Source of the DNA: Guillardia theta CCMP2712
Lineage: Eukaryota > Protista > Cryptophyta
Direction of reading: 5' to 3'
Length of the DNA stretch: 64,000 bases
Assembly: GCF_000315625.1 (NCBI RefSeq)
Contig: NW_005434629.1
Coordinates: 377,005-441,004 of the forward strand
Shown in pieces: positions 1 through 18,113 of this stretch (the stretch's first letter is position 1; every line of letters starts with the position of its first letter). The position numbers were made by a program, and so were the translations under genes. Below the pieces are notes generated by a model. That model was given only the letters and a program-made list of their open reading frames with translations, was not told the DNA's origin and did not search any database.

Positions 1-288
1 AGTGAGCTGAGCTGAGAACATTCGCCTCTCTTAGTCTGCTCCTGCAGTCCAAGCGCTCCTACCAGTGGATGGGGACGCGGGATGGATGCGTGCAGGTCAG
101 CTGCCGCGTCCTCGTCTTGTTTGTGACTTGAGCAGGTCCCACGGTCAAGCATGACCAGCCCAGAGGGCTCAAGTGAGGGAGAAGGAGAGTGAGAGGTACC
201 AGCAGCTGCCTTTCCTCTTGCTGCGGCTCAGGACTGGATGGCAGGAGCAGCATGTTCGAGGAAGGGACGGGGAGGACGGAGCTTGTGT

Positions 289-1486
289 CTAGTTGTTCAT
301 TATCTGATCTCTCCAACTCGGCTGGTTGCAATTGTCGGAGTAACAACCCATGATGTCTGTGGCTCCTACACTCTTCAAGTACCTGTCGATCCCTCCGAAC
401 GAGAAGAAGTTTGAACTCTGCGCGCACATCTTCTTCCTGCATCCCCCAGCAACTGTCTTGCAAGGACAGCCGGTCACAAGCGCCTTGTGCTGGCACTTTG
501 TGGTGCACTTGCAGGTCCCGTCCGCACAACTAGTTCACCTCGTCACTGGTCTCACGCTCAACCTCCTTCTCCTACCAGCTGCTGTCTTGCCCACTCTCGA
601 TGGGCTGATCCAGCGCGGCGGAGGAGCAAGACGTCGGATCTCCTCCACATCCAGGAAGCACAAAGCTGATGCAGGCTGAGCAGACAGACGCAAGTCAGCG
701 AGTCATCCAGCAGACCATCAGTCAGCTCACCATCTTCTCCGTATTGGCAAAATGTTGACTCCTCGGTAACTCCGGTTGCCGTAGACTTGGTAACGATGCA
801 CTTCAAAGGTGCTTTGCACTGCGAACTTTCCTGAAAGGAACAAGTTATGCTACTCTCTGATCTGCTAGGAGAGTTCTTGCAAGCAAGTCAACAGCTTACG
901 TATCCGCAGTCACAGCAATCCAAGTCCGACGCACATGTTTGAACAGGCGGCCGGCAGCATTGCTCGGCAACGAACGGTCGAGGTGAGTATTGGACAGAAG
1001 GCAAACTAAATTTTGCAAGAAATCATTGTCGATTCACACAAAGAAAGAGGTCATTTACCTGCACCTACTGTTTTCATTGCTGTAAGAAGGATAGCATATG
1101 TCTGTCTTGTTGGCTTGCAAAAGGTTATACGCGCTTGCAATCTCAGATGTCAAAGAGGTGATTGAGTTCTGCGATTCTCCACATAACCGAGTGGTGTAGC
1201 TACCTTGACATGTTCCCGACGGGACTACGATTGTGGTTGTATAACATTTCATCAGCGAGGTCGTTCGCAACCAGCAAGACCCGTCATATGACCGTATACT
1301 GCACAGACAACCACCCGTCTGGCCTAGGATGCAAGGCATGCTCGTGCTGGTGCACTTTGGGAGTGACTTTGCAACGATGATGACCAAGAGAGCGCATACG
1401 AAGACAAAGATAGAGATCCAAGCGAAGAAGAGCACGCCTTTTCTTGATCTCAAGCTTTGGATTGCTTGAAACAGTCGTTGAAACAT
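289..1486 (-). CDS. Cys-rich type II membrane/secreted protein, multi-exon
   Basis: ATG at 1486 (MFQRL...), a hydrophobic segment (VLFFAWISIFVFVCALLVIIVA), then Cys-rich exons joined by ~50-nt GT-AG introns (EQCCRPPVQTCASDLDCCDCG; CKCTTKCQHK...GCYSDNCN). 3' end uncertain. Confidence 0.55.
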
Positions 1487-1811
1487 GTCGGACAACCGTG
1501 TTCAGCTCACAACATTCAAATCCACAAGAATCCTGTTCCTCGGACCTCCCTCAAGCCCGTCAACGCATGAGCGCGCTCGTCCATGAATCTCGCATTCCGC
1601 TTTCACGTCGCACAGAAATTTCAATTTCCAGCTTGTAAAAGAAATTTGTACTGCAGAGATTTGAGGAGGCCTTCACTCTTGGATGGAAATCTATTCTCTC
1701 TTTTCCTCACTCCGTCATCTTCTGATCTTCTTGCTTTTCCTTCTGCTTTTCAGCTTGTCTTGAATTTTCTTCCTGGCTAATGTAACCTCACCCCTTGTTA
1801 ATATTGCATGT

Positions 1812-1925
1812 CCTCTTCTCCTCTTCTCCTCCTTCTCTTCTCTTCTTCTCTTCTTCTCTTCTTCTCTTCTTCTCTTCTTCTCTTCTTCTCTTCTTCTCTT
1901 CTTCTCTTCTTCTCTTCTTCTCGTC
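1812..1925. repeat. pyrimidine-rich (TCTTC/TCTC) microsatellite
   Basis: Tandem CTTCTCTTCTTCT-type units seen directly. Confidence 0.9.
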
Positions 1926-2633
1926 TTCTCCCTCTTCGTCGTTTGTTGGCGTCACTTCATTCTCATCGTCACCGTACCCCTCCCACTACCCCAGGTCTGC
2001 CCCTATACTACCCACCACCATCTCCCTATGTAGAGCCCGATGACCCAACCTTCATACCTTGCAGAAGTCTCAATTCGGTCTCAATCAATAAGGCAGAGGG
2101 TCCTGCCTTGCCTTTAGTAGCAAGGGAAGGGAAGAAGAGTTGATAGAAACCGCCATGGTCGGAGGGTACAGCGAAGGAGGAGAGACAAGGAAAGCAGAGC
2201 GACAGTTGCTGTAGCGCATGAGGCAAGGGAATGAGAAGAAGCGTGAAGGAGAAATGAGGCGAAGTGGAAGGAAAGGAGAGAAGAAAACAATCAGGGACAC
2301 TTTTAGAGAATGTAGTCAACAAACCGCGCTGCTACTGAGCATTCTGTTCCATAAGGCATACACTACTCAGATGCTTGTGCATCTGGAAGAGAGTGAGTGG
2401 AGAGTAGTTCAAAGAAAGCATTGGAGGGAATCAGACCAGGCAGGGCATTCAGATTCTCATACCAGAGTATCAACATGAAGTTTCTGTTTGCATTTCAAAA
2501 CAACTACATGAACAATATGAATTCGACTGTTGGCAAACAGAATATTGAGGGTTTGTGCAGGCATGTGAAAGTGTGACAATGTTTGCAGATTGAGACTGTC
2601 ATTGAATGAGAGACTAATTGATACAATAAAAGT

Positions 2634-4883
2634 ATGGCGGGTGAAGACACCAAGTACAAGAAGGCTGTTGCCACAGCTGCCTTTGAAAAGATGTCAAAAC
2701 GTCAGCAACGCGCTCTGTTCGCTGCTGCAGGTTTGAAAGCGGGAGCAAACGTTTCCCTCGCGTATGCCATTGACAAGTTTAGAAGGGACAAGATCCGAGA
2801 GATTGTTTTTTATTTGTTTTTTCTCGTCATCTTCACCACGAGTGCTTTGATACAGAGAAATGTTACAGACTCTCATTACTACATGCAAACAGTCAAAGAC
2901 GCGATTTTGAATGAGAATTTTCCCGATGTCACTTGGTTTAAAACTTTTAATGATGTTGCCATCGATGCAGATTTCTGGGATTACATGACAACGGTTATTC
3001 CTCAGTATCTATACAAAGACAAATGGTACAACGGTCAACAGTACACTTCTGCAGAGATGAACTATGTTCTACATGTCAATAGATTAGTGCAAGCTCCACG
3101 AATACGACAACTGCGTGTGAATTCGCAAATCTGTCCGGTTCCTCCTCGACTTGCAAATGTGATCAAGACTTGCTATCCGGCTTTCAGTACATCAGCAGAA
3201 AATCGAACAAGCATTCCCGGATGGCCCCCTGGAACTTTAGTCACGTACAAGACTGCAAGCCAACTTGCAACGAGCGAGTATCGGAATGGACTTCTTCCTT
3301 ACACCGGCGGCGGGTTTGCAATAGACCTTCCTCTGTACTTTAACAAAACTCAAGCTCTCGATTTTTTCAATTACTTGAAGAGTGTGAAGTGGAGCGATCT
3401 TCATACAAGGGCAATCTTCTTCACCTTCGCCTTGTACAACCCGGTCAACGGTCTCTACCTCTCCGTGCTCCTTCTCTTTGAATTCCTGCCGTTCGGAGAA
3501 GTTCGCCCTTCCTCTCAGTTCCGTGTCATTAGGATGGGTCTGAGCACTGCCAACGACTACGCCACAGTTCTGCTCGATGCCATGGTTTATCTCATGGTGT
3601 TTTCCTACATCCTGCAGGACGTGAGGAAGATAGCAGCCATGGGGAGGGTATACTGGACTCACTTCTGGCACTGGTTCAACTGGGTCAACTACACCATCTT
3701 CATGGTGTCGCTCTACTTCAAGATCAGCTTCTACATGGCGAGCTTGAGGTACGTCAGCGGTAACGGAAATTCCGACATGCAGACCGCAACCATGGACTTC
3801 GAAGCTATCGGGTGGACCTACTATCAGATGGTTAACTTCCAGGCCTTCAACAACATCTTCGTGTGGTTGCGCGCCTTCACCTATATCAAATACTTGACGA
3901 CGGATATCGCCAACCTGTCCTACACTCTCACCAATGCAGCTAAAGATTGCGGTCTGTTTCTCCTGATCTTTGCCATGGTGATATTTGCCTATGCCCAAGC
4001 ATTCCACATTGCTTTTGGAACAGATATAGGGACTTACCAAACTCTCTTGGAATCAATTTTCGGCCTGTTCAAAACGTTGTTGGGAGATTTCAACTTCAAC
4101 GCAATCAAGTCCAGCAATGCGTACCTGGGGCCCCTACTCTTTATCACATTTGAGGTCGTGTGCTATTTCATATTCTTGAACATGTTCTTGGCAATCCTCA
4201 ACAAGTCATATTCTGATGTGATAGACAAGGGTGTAGATGATCCTATGACTGTAGAGTTTCGAAATACGCTAGCAGCAAACTTTAGGAGATTCATTGACAG
4301 ACTCAACTTGTGGAAATCCGAGGATGGTTCCCGCAATCAGCAGGAAGATGGAGACGAAGATGAAGAGGAAGTGAAGAAAATTGAGAAGAAGAAGACAGCG
4401 CTGGATGGTGAAGCACTGGGAATGATGTTGAACACCATACAAGAGTTATCAACAACCGTTCGAGGCATCAATGAGAAGATCGAGAACGTGAGCAAAGTAC
4501 AATCTTTGAGTGGAGCTGGCAGGTTGCAGGTGCTCAATAGAGCCTCAGTTGCGGGCTCCCTCGACAACCGAGACCTTGATGGAAGCAACTCTCAGAACTC
4601 TCCGATCAGTCCTACTGACAAGCAACTGTCTGCAGTTCAACCGGATATCAATCGAAATGGTCAGAAAGTGAGGTCGACCTCCAAACTGCACGATGACAAC
4701 CTTACTGAAGAACTTCTGGAATCGGATGCAGCTGGTGCAGACAACAGAACAATCCAAGAGAAACAAACTGAAAGCGCGCAAGGAAATGTTTCAGGCATCA
4801 AGCAATACAAGAGGCCAACTCTCCCAACTTTAGAAAGCAAGACAAGGCCAGATGATGAAGAAGACGCGACACCAAGGCTATGA
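2634..4883 (+). CDS. PKD2: polycystin-2 / TRPP cation channel, intronless, 749 aa
   Basis: S1 helix, large extracellular polycystin loop (PRIRQLRV, YTGGGF, WSDLHTRAIF...YNP, EFLPFG), S2-S6, pore FKTLLGDFNF, GPLLF, LNMFLAILNKSY, C-terminal coiled coil. Confidence 0.92.
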   Translation: MAGEDTKYKKAVATAAFEKMSKRQQRALFAAAGLKAGANVSLAYAIDKFRRDKIREIVFYLFFLVIFTTSALIQRNVTDSHYYMQTVKDAILNENFPDVTWFKTFNDVAIDADFWDYMTTVIPQYLYKDKWYNGQQYTSAEMNYVLHVNRLVQAPRIRQLRVNSQICPVPPRLANVIKTCYPAFSTSAENRTSIPGWPPGTLVTYKTASQLATSEYRNGLLPYTGGGFAIDLPLYFNKTQALDFFNYLKSVKWSDLHTRAIFFTFALYNPVNGLYLSVLLLFEFLPFGEVRPSSQFRVIRMGLSTANDYATVLLDAMVYLMVFSYILQDVRKIAAMGRVYWTHFWHWFNWVNYTIFMVSLYFKISFYMASLRYVSGNGNSDMQTATMDFEAIGWTYYQMVNFQAFNNIFVWLRAFTYIKYLTTDIANLSYTLTNAAKDCGLFLLIFAMVIFAYAQAFHIAFGTDIGTYQTLLESIFGLFKTLLGDFNFNAIKSSNAYLGPLLFITFEVVCYFIFLNMFLAILNKSYSDVIDKGVDDPMTVEFRNTLAANFRRFIDRLNLWKSEDGSRNQQEDGDEDEEEVKKIEKKKTALDGEALGMMLNTIQELSTTVRGINEKIENVSKVQSLSGAGRLQVLNRASVAGSLDNRDLDGSNSQNSPISPTDKQLSAVQPDINRNGQKVRSTSKLHDDNLTEELLESDAAGADNRTIQEKQTESAQGNVSGIKQYKRPTLPTLESKTRPDDEEDATPRL

Positions 4884-4976
4884 TGGGAGTATGAAACACG
4901 GCAAGAATGACAGTTATCATCGAAGGATGTAGGAGACGTACGATATTTACAGATTACTTACAAAAGAATAAACTTC

Positions 4977-6116
4977 CTAGTATGGAAAGTAAGGAATGGA
5001 TAGGTGAGAAGGCTTTTCAGAGGAAGCATCATACAGCGAACACTCGTGGTGCCCTGCATTCCTGACGCGAACTATCAATCTTCCGTTAACAAAACTTTTC
5101 AAACTTGTGTCCTCTGAGGAGAACTCTGCGATCCACTGATAATGTTCCCCATGTGCAGAGCTGATTGCCTGAGCTGCTAGCGTGAGAACTTTGTCTATGA
5201 GCCCTCTGCCGTCGAAATCAAACAAAACCTCTACGACTACTGCGGTTTGAATATCAGCAGTCAACCTCAACCCTACCACCAAGGATCGAGACTTGACGTT
5301 GCGAACAGCTGTAAGACTTTCAGACGCTAGCTCAATGGTCTGATTGGAGCGAATTGAAATCCTCCTCTCCGTTCCCCCGTCCTCACAAACCCGAAAACCA
5401 TTCTGAGAGAAGAATCCTTCATTGGTGATCCCATCCTTGTTTGGCTTGATTCCGAGGAAGAAGAAGTTGAGAGGAGGCGGATTGAGGTATACAAAGCAGT
5501 GGAACCAGCAAGTCTGGTACGGATATGCTTCATGTATCTTCGTCTCATGGTAGGACGACAAGGCCCACTCGAGATGATGTTTGAGGACTTCGTCTGTGAG
5601 GTTGGGCCCCACTTGAAGGTTATGCGGTCCCCCAGGCATGATTCCCGAGCAATCATGGTTGGCTCCCCAACTGGAGCACAACCATTCGAGAATGCGCATC
5701 TGACTCGTGCTATTCGTGTGCCGGGCGACAAGGCATTGAACATCGGCTGTGAGCCACGAGCTCCTACCATTTGCCTCCTCACTCGCCGCTCGCATTCTAA
5801 GAGCGGATTGAGTCCGTTCATACTCCCAAGCTAGCTCTTCTTCGACGCTTCTCCAGCTCTCCTCCAGATGTCGATCCCTCCCCTCATCTCTCAAGACCTC
5901 TGCAGCCGCGACGTCATTGCCAGGGGGCGCAGGGCGTTCAACGGCGACTCCTGGTCTGTTGATCATCTTGGCGAGCTGAGAGTTAAGGTGCTGCTCCATG
6001 TCGACGAGGAAGGGAGGAGAGCCATCGCTACCCTGCCTCCTCTCATCTGCTGTGGTGAAGGCGGCAACCATCATCATCCACATCAACAGCCTTCCCGCCC
6101 ATCGTCTCCCCTCCAT
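4977..6116 (-). CDS. secreted protein with X8 (CBM43)-like domain
   Basis: ATG at 6116 (MEGRRWAGRLLMWMMMVAAFTTA, signal-like). CLVA...LEWLC...DCSGIMPGG...HLEWALSSYH...TCWF follows the X8 pattern. Confidence 0.6.
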   Translation of the reverse strand: MEGRRWAGRLLMWMMMVAAFTTADERRQGSDGSPPFLVDMEQHLNSQLAKMINRPGVAVERPAPPGNDVAAAEVLRDEGRDRHLEESWRSVEEELAWEYERTQSALRMRAASEEANGRSSWLTADVQCLVARHTNSTSQMRILEWLCSSWGANHDCSGIMPGGPHNLQVGPNLTDEVLKHHLEWALSSYHETKIHEAYPYQTCWFHCFVYLNPPPLNFFFLGIKPNKDGITNEGFFSQNGFRVCEDGGTERRISIRSNQTIELASESLTAVRNVKSRSLVVGLRLTADIQTAVVVEVLFDFDGRGLIDKVLTLAAQAISSAHGEHYQWIAEFSSEDTSLKSFVNGRLIVRVRNAGHHECSLYDASSEKPSHLSIPYFPY

Positions 6117-6292
6117 GGCGCGGCGGCTTTCCGATTCTAATCGCTCACTGATCAGGGACCCCCTCTCGCTCCTGCTTGCACGGGGGTGGGCCTGGGGTGC
6201 CACCGTACTACGGTAGGGTTACTGCCACAAGGTTCCGAGTCTCTGGTGGCTGTCGGTCCGGCCCTACGGCCCGTTTGGGTCACCCGTGACCC

Positions 6293-7231
6293 TCACCTGG
6301 TGACCGGCCGCAGAGCACCACCCGGGGGTTTTACCTCTACGATGTTATGCAGTGCTGCGGAGATGCCAGTGCGTTTCTTGAACAACTTCTGAATGTCTTC
6401 AGCTGTCATACGTCGATGAACCCTGCCTCCAGTGTCCCTCCTGGAGCCCTCGGCTATAATAGTACGGAAAGGTTTGGAATTAACTAGATAACTGGCTCCA
6501 GCATTTCCCACCGAAGAGCACAATGTGCTATGGTATAGGGTGCTATCCTCCATATTGATGGTAAACTTATCCTTTTTGTGTTGTTTGCCCCTCTTGACGA
6601 TGACTGTGTACCTGAGAGAATGCAATGAGAGGGAACGTCATGAAAGCGACAAGAATGATACTCACGGGCATGTAGAGCAGGAGCAGCGCATGATATAACC
6701 GGTCATGCCATGGAGTTTTTTGCAAGGAATACTCTTGATTTGCTTGTTGTAAACCTTCAAATTGATATGTTTAAGGAATCGTGTACATTCAAGTCGTTTG
6801 GAGAACTGCATTCCGCGCAACGTCATGACATGGTCAGATGGAGGTTCCTTGTTGTAAGATTCTGAATCAGATGAGGACATATACTCGTCTTCACTAGTCC
6901 AAAAGCAGGAGGGCTCGTCCTTCATTGATATGGATTCGGAGTTGTGGCTTGCACAACTTTCATCTTCAGGCAAGGATCTGTCCGCTCCGTGAGGAAGCAA
7001 CGGATCTGAAGGGACATTCCCTGTGTGAGGAAGGGGAGGTGATGATAATGAAGAGGTCGGGGCATCGAAGATGAGGGTATAAAGTCGCTCGATACTCTCG
7101 ATCAAGGACAATTGTTCGGGGGGTTTCATACCCAAACAACGAAATCCACGTTCAACAATGACAATGTACGACGCATTGGTAGGGAGTTCGAGCTCCAGCT
7201 CTTGCTGCAAAGCACGTAGCTTGGCACTCAT
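6293..7231 (-). mobile_element. truncated MuDR/MULE-like transposase N-terminal Zn-finger region, 2 exons, no DDE core
   Basis: GMQFSKRLEC...RCSCSTCP|YTVIV...FTI...HSTLC...AEDIQKLFKKRTGI resembles the MuDR N-terminal (WRKY/GCM1-type) domain. Intron ~6612-6665. The frame stops at 6293 before any catalytic domain. Confidence 0.5.
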
Positions 7232-7667
7232 GCTGAGCCTCCTGGCCTGTGTCGAGCCTTCCCCTGCTATCCGCAATCGCCCAAAATCTTTGATTTTTGT
7301 TGATTCACCGACCTAAATCTTTAGAAAAGGCAAAACCGTAAACCTACCTTAGAATTTTTGCTGAAAATCTTTCCCCGCTTCTAAACTTTAATTGCCCGGT
7401 GAATTGAACCTTGACAAATGGAAACCTGATTTTAAGGCTAGTAACTTCCTAACTCAAACTGATCTTTCGTTTCCGCCCCACCTCCAGACCTACATGTCCG
7501 GTTTCACTGAGCCAGTCATTGAATGCGGCGGGCCCCACCTTCCGGCGGAACTGGACGGGCCTGGTACGGTAACCGTAAACCGCCGGGGCCAGCCCGGTTA
7601 TTTGACAAGGGACATAACGGTTCTACTGCTTTGAGATCCGATCAACGGAAATTCAGCCTGTGCGGCC

Positions 7668-13937
<6,270 letters not shown>

Positions 13938-14255
13938 GGACTGCACGGACAAGCTCTGCCATCGCATTCGCTTCCCTCCGGTGCCTCTCGCGGCTCACCA
14001 GCCCTCGCTGACCCTCCTGTTTCAGCTCAACGGCAGCAGATGAAGGAGGGAGACGGAGATTGAGGCTCGAGGGACGAGAAGAGGAGGGGAGGAGACGCAA
14101 GGAAGGTGAGAGGAGGGAGGAAAAGCAAGGACATGTAATTTATACAAATGAATGAATGAATAACATATTTCAGGATGATAGCAGGGTCGTCTTCTGCAAA
14201 ACTTCCTGTCAGAATTCGCTCCTCCGCGTCCCCTTACTCCCTCCCCCGCTCCTCC

Positions 14256-16753
14256 TCACCCGGTCAAATTTGGGATCCTGCCGATGATAAGACGCCAAGC
14301 GCTGGATCGAAACTTTTTCCACATCGACAGGAAGATGCTGAGAGCTCGTGAGAGGGTCGACGAAGCAACAGGGAATGAGATTGAGACACGTAGAGCGAAA
14401 GAGGAGAGGGGGGAACCGAGGAGGGGAAGGATGAAAAGAGGAGGAGGAGGAGGAGGAGGAGGGAGAGAGAAAGAGAGAGAGAAAGAGAGCGAGCGAGAGG
14501 GAGGGAGGAGGGAGGGAGGAGGGAGGAAGGAAAGGAGAGGAGGAGGAGGAGGAGCGGGGTAGAGGAGTACGACGAAAGTTTGGTCTACCTCGGCCACATT
14601 GACTAAGGTGAGCAGCCATCTGTAGATCACATCCACCACGAGGAGCGAGTAGAAGGCACACATGCTGGCCAGCACAAGCTCGATGGGCATCTTCTGGACC
14701 ACCGACACGAGCTGCGAGCTGATGAGCAGGGAGGGAAGAGCAGCAAAGAACAGGAGAGAGGAAACAGGCGTAGGGGAGGGAGGGAGGGAGGGAGGGAGGG
14801 AGGGAGGGAGGGAGGGAGGGAGGGTGAGAGGGGTCTAGATTAGGACGAACGGCAGGAGGAAGACCTGCTGTGTCTCGAGGGCAGCGAGGAGACGATTTCC
14901 ATCCTCTGTGCGGAGGAAGATGAAGATGGGGAAGAGAGCGTCGAGGAAAGAGCACGCGAGGTCCCTATAGGGCTTCGGGACGTGATCCTCCACCTGCTGC
15001 TTGAGAGCAGCGACGAGGCGGCGATATGCTGCCTGAAGGAGTGGAAGTAAGGAGGATGGGAGGCAGAGCAGGGAAGGATGAGAGGTAGAAAGGGGAGGAG
15101 CGGAGGGAGAGGGAGTGAGGGAGTGGGGGAGGAGGAGGATACAATGAAAAAGCAAGGAGGGGAGAAAAAAAAGGCAAACCTGGAGTGGCGAGAGCTTGTG
15201 GAGGATTGCAGGCATGATTTGAGAACGGGGGAGGAGAGAACGGAAGTAGGAGAGGCTCTCCTGCACAGCAAGCCATTGAGCCCAGGCTGTCGCGGTGAAG
15301 TGGATGTGGACGGAGGAAACGGAGCAAGAAAGGAGAGACGGAGGGGATAAAGGATGGAAAGCAGTGGAACGGAGGGAGGAGAACAGGGTGAAAGGAAGGG
15401 ATCGCAGCAGCAAGGGATGGAAGGAGAGCAAAGGTAAGAAGGCGCGGGGTGAAGCAGAGCTGGGTAGGGGTTGACTCACGTTCATGGCGGAGTGAGCACG
15501 TAACAGAAGCAGAGGGGGCTTGGCGATCTGGAGTGAGGAAGGGAGACAGGGAAGTGAAAGGGCGGGAAGGAGGGAGGAGAATGAAAGAGGGTAAGGGTGA
15601 AGAAGGAGTCGACCAATCGTAGAAGAGGAGATGATGTCAGCAAGGAAATTCAAGGGGAGAAGAGAGGAGGAGGCATTTCACCTTCTCCTCCCCAGCGGCA
15701 ACGGGCACATCAACCATGCGAGATAGCTGGATCGAGGTCAGCCCTGAGAAACACAGCATGGTGGGGAGAGCAGAAGGGGAGACAGGAGTGATACTTCATT
15801 CTCGCTTTGGACCGTAGCTGACTTGAGATGCATGTCCATGGACTGCGATGACACGTTTCATTCCTCATCCAAGCTCAGTTCAGCGTCAAGGCACCTCGAT
15901 CTGGTCTCGCAGCTCCATAAACTGCACCCTGTCCTCTCCCTCCAGCACTTGAATCGCCTCCTTGCACAGGAGCTCGTCCTCCTCTTGGGTTTGAGCAACT
16001 CGTGGAGCATCGACCTGGAAATCGATCAGGGAGAGAGCGGAAGGAAAGGAGAGGAGGGAAAAGGGAGAGGGGAGAGAGGAGGCGACAGGTAGAGGGAGAA
16101 GCGGGAGAGGATTCAAGAAAAGGACAGGAAGGGGAGGAGGGAAAGCATCAGTGTCAGCAAGGTGAACTGTCAGGCACAGGTATAATTTACGGACAACAAA
16201 GAACTCACCTCGATCACATTGTTCCCATTAGTCCCAACCGTGTCATCCACAATGTCATACTGGCCGGACAGCTTCCAAGTCCCGTCAATCAAGAATTTGA
16301 ACTCGTGCTTCCCTGCTCGCTCCGTCAGACCCTCTCGTCCTCCAAGGAGCTTCTCATCCTTACCAGGGGGCAGATTGATGCACGTCTGCCAGCTCGTTGC
16401 ACTCATCCTCTTGAGAGTGTATAACAGCACCCACTGACCCCAGCTCCCGACCATGGCCACCTCCTCTCGCTCCTCCTCGTCCTGCCATGTGAATGTTGTG
16501 GGAACGAGAGTGAGGCCATTGAGACGAGCCAGCAGCCTCTCCTTCAGCCCTTCATACGCGGAGCGATGCATCGGCTGCGTTCGTCCCAGCTCAAGGAACT
16601 TCTTGCTCTTGACCAGCGTTCGTTCACCCGGTCCACTGCATTGCAGCTCCATGGCAGACGTCTCCAGCGCCCCAGCAGGAGGCGCAAGGGCGCAAAGCAG
16701 CAAGCCTGGGAGGAGGAGAGGAGGAGGAGGAGAAGGAGGGAGGATGTTCGCAT
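14256..16753 (-). CDS. CBM48 (AMPK-beta-type glucan-binding) protein with N-terminal presequence and C-terminal hydrophobic segments, multi-exon
   Basis: VPTTFTW...VAMVGSWGQW...LPPG..HEFKFLIDGTW...GNNVIEV is the AMPK-beta/CBM48 pattern. Proposed first exon [22 protein letters not shown]... joins in frame through a 53-nt GT-AG intron. Confidence 0.7.
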
Positions 16754-17553
16754 CTTGACGAACGTGTCTGGTTTGTCTTCTGTTCAAGTTGTCCACGAGC
16801 TAGCACAAGAGAGCCTGTGAAGGCTTCACCTTCGACGTCTCCGTACAACACAACAGATGTCCCAACGGCAAAAAAGAGATGTCCCAACAAGATCGGAAAT
16901 AAGACTTCTTGACAAACACACTACAAACTAATCATGATGTAGCAAACAATCAAATGATACGTTTGCAGTAGAGAGCAAAGTTAACTACAGGAGTTCAGAT
17001 TATGACACCCTAACCCATCCATCTTCCTTGCGTGGCATGCTGCCTCATCGCCAGTTATCCCTTCACCTTCATGCTGGATCATCTTTTCCACCATCTGTTC
17101 CCTCCACTATGCTCTGTCCTCCTCGCCTCGCCTCGCCTCGCCTCGTCTCCTCTTGTCCTCGCCTTACCTCATTCCACCATGATGCTTTCAAAAATCATGA
17201 TCATAATAACGGTGCAATTATTATTGGTAGCACTAACTGTCAGCCCGGCGCGGCCGGGCCCCGTGGCCCCGGGCCCGGCGGGGCGGCCGCCGCGGGCCGG
17301 GTGGCACCGTTGAGGCCCGGCACTGGGCCGTGGTGGCACCGTGCCAGTTCACGCGGCAGTACGGTCACTGAGTCCCGGCAGTGCAAGCTGAAGTTCGCTG
17401 GGGCCGGGCGGTGTGGCATATTGGGGAACTTGCCGCACCGCGGCAGCCAGTGCAGTGCCAGTCCGAGGGACCCGCATCAGTGCCTCCTGGCCGCTGAGGC
17501 TCAGTTCCGTGCCTCAGGGCCGCGCCTCTACTCGGCGGCTGGTCAAGGAACGG

Positions 17554-18113
17554 CGATGCGTTGCGCTTTCTGTGCCACGGTGGCCGGCTGGCCGCGGATC
17601 CGATCGGATCGCCGCCGGCGAACTTGTGACAAGGAACTTCGGAAACGGCAGCGGCGGCTGGCCCGATGGTCTCTCCGCCTCGCAAGACGTCCGATGGTCT
17701 CAGGTGATCCGACTTGCAAACGCATCCGGCCCAGGATCTTTCGTCAGCTCAAGGCCTCCCTGTCCTAGCGGCTGCCACTGACTCGGGCAGTGGTCATCGC
17801 GGGTCACCGGGTGCATCCCGGTACAGTGCGTCTCATTCCTTCGGGGGCCGGGCCACCGCCGCACATCGCTGGCATGGCCCGGCGCGGGGGACTCCGGGAC
17901 TCGCTTGGAGTCCTGCGCGCCCGGTTAAGTGAAGGTATCAGTTAAGTTTGGGGGACAGCAGTCGGCAGCCTGGATTGGGTTTGGTTCTCGCTGTCTTTTC
18001 TCTCAGAGTCTCGCCGTTTGGCCTGGCAGTGTGCGACACTGTCAGGGCCCTGTCAAGCCTCCTCGACTCTCCTGATTGTCCTCGTACTGATTTTTAACTT
18101 AACTTTGAGTAAA
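17554..18113 (+). repeat. dispersed repeat 'module A' copy 1, ending in the 38-bp AT-rich site
   Basis: Aligns by eye with 28144-28660 and 25000-25152. Confidence 0.9.
18076..18113 (+). repeat. 38-bp site TTGTCCTCGTACTGATTTTTAACTTAACTTTGAGTAAA
   Basis: Exact reverse complement at 21691-21728; 30-bp exact direct copy at 21783-21812. Confidence 0.95.

Noticed and set aside
3237-4040. Long antisense ORFs over PKD2 and alternative-frame ORFs over SLC33A1 and others
   Set aside because: Shadows of GC3-rich real genes.
17028-17932. Long Arg/Gly/Pro/Ala-rich ORFs, also at 27467-28879 and 52833-53777
   Set aside because: They arise from stop-poor GC islands and module A; frames are not conserved between copies. 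An ancestral ORF in module A is not excluded.
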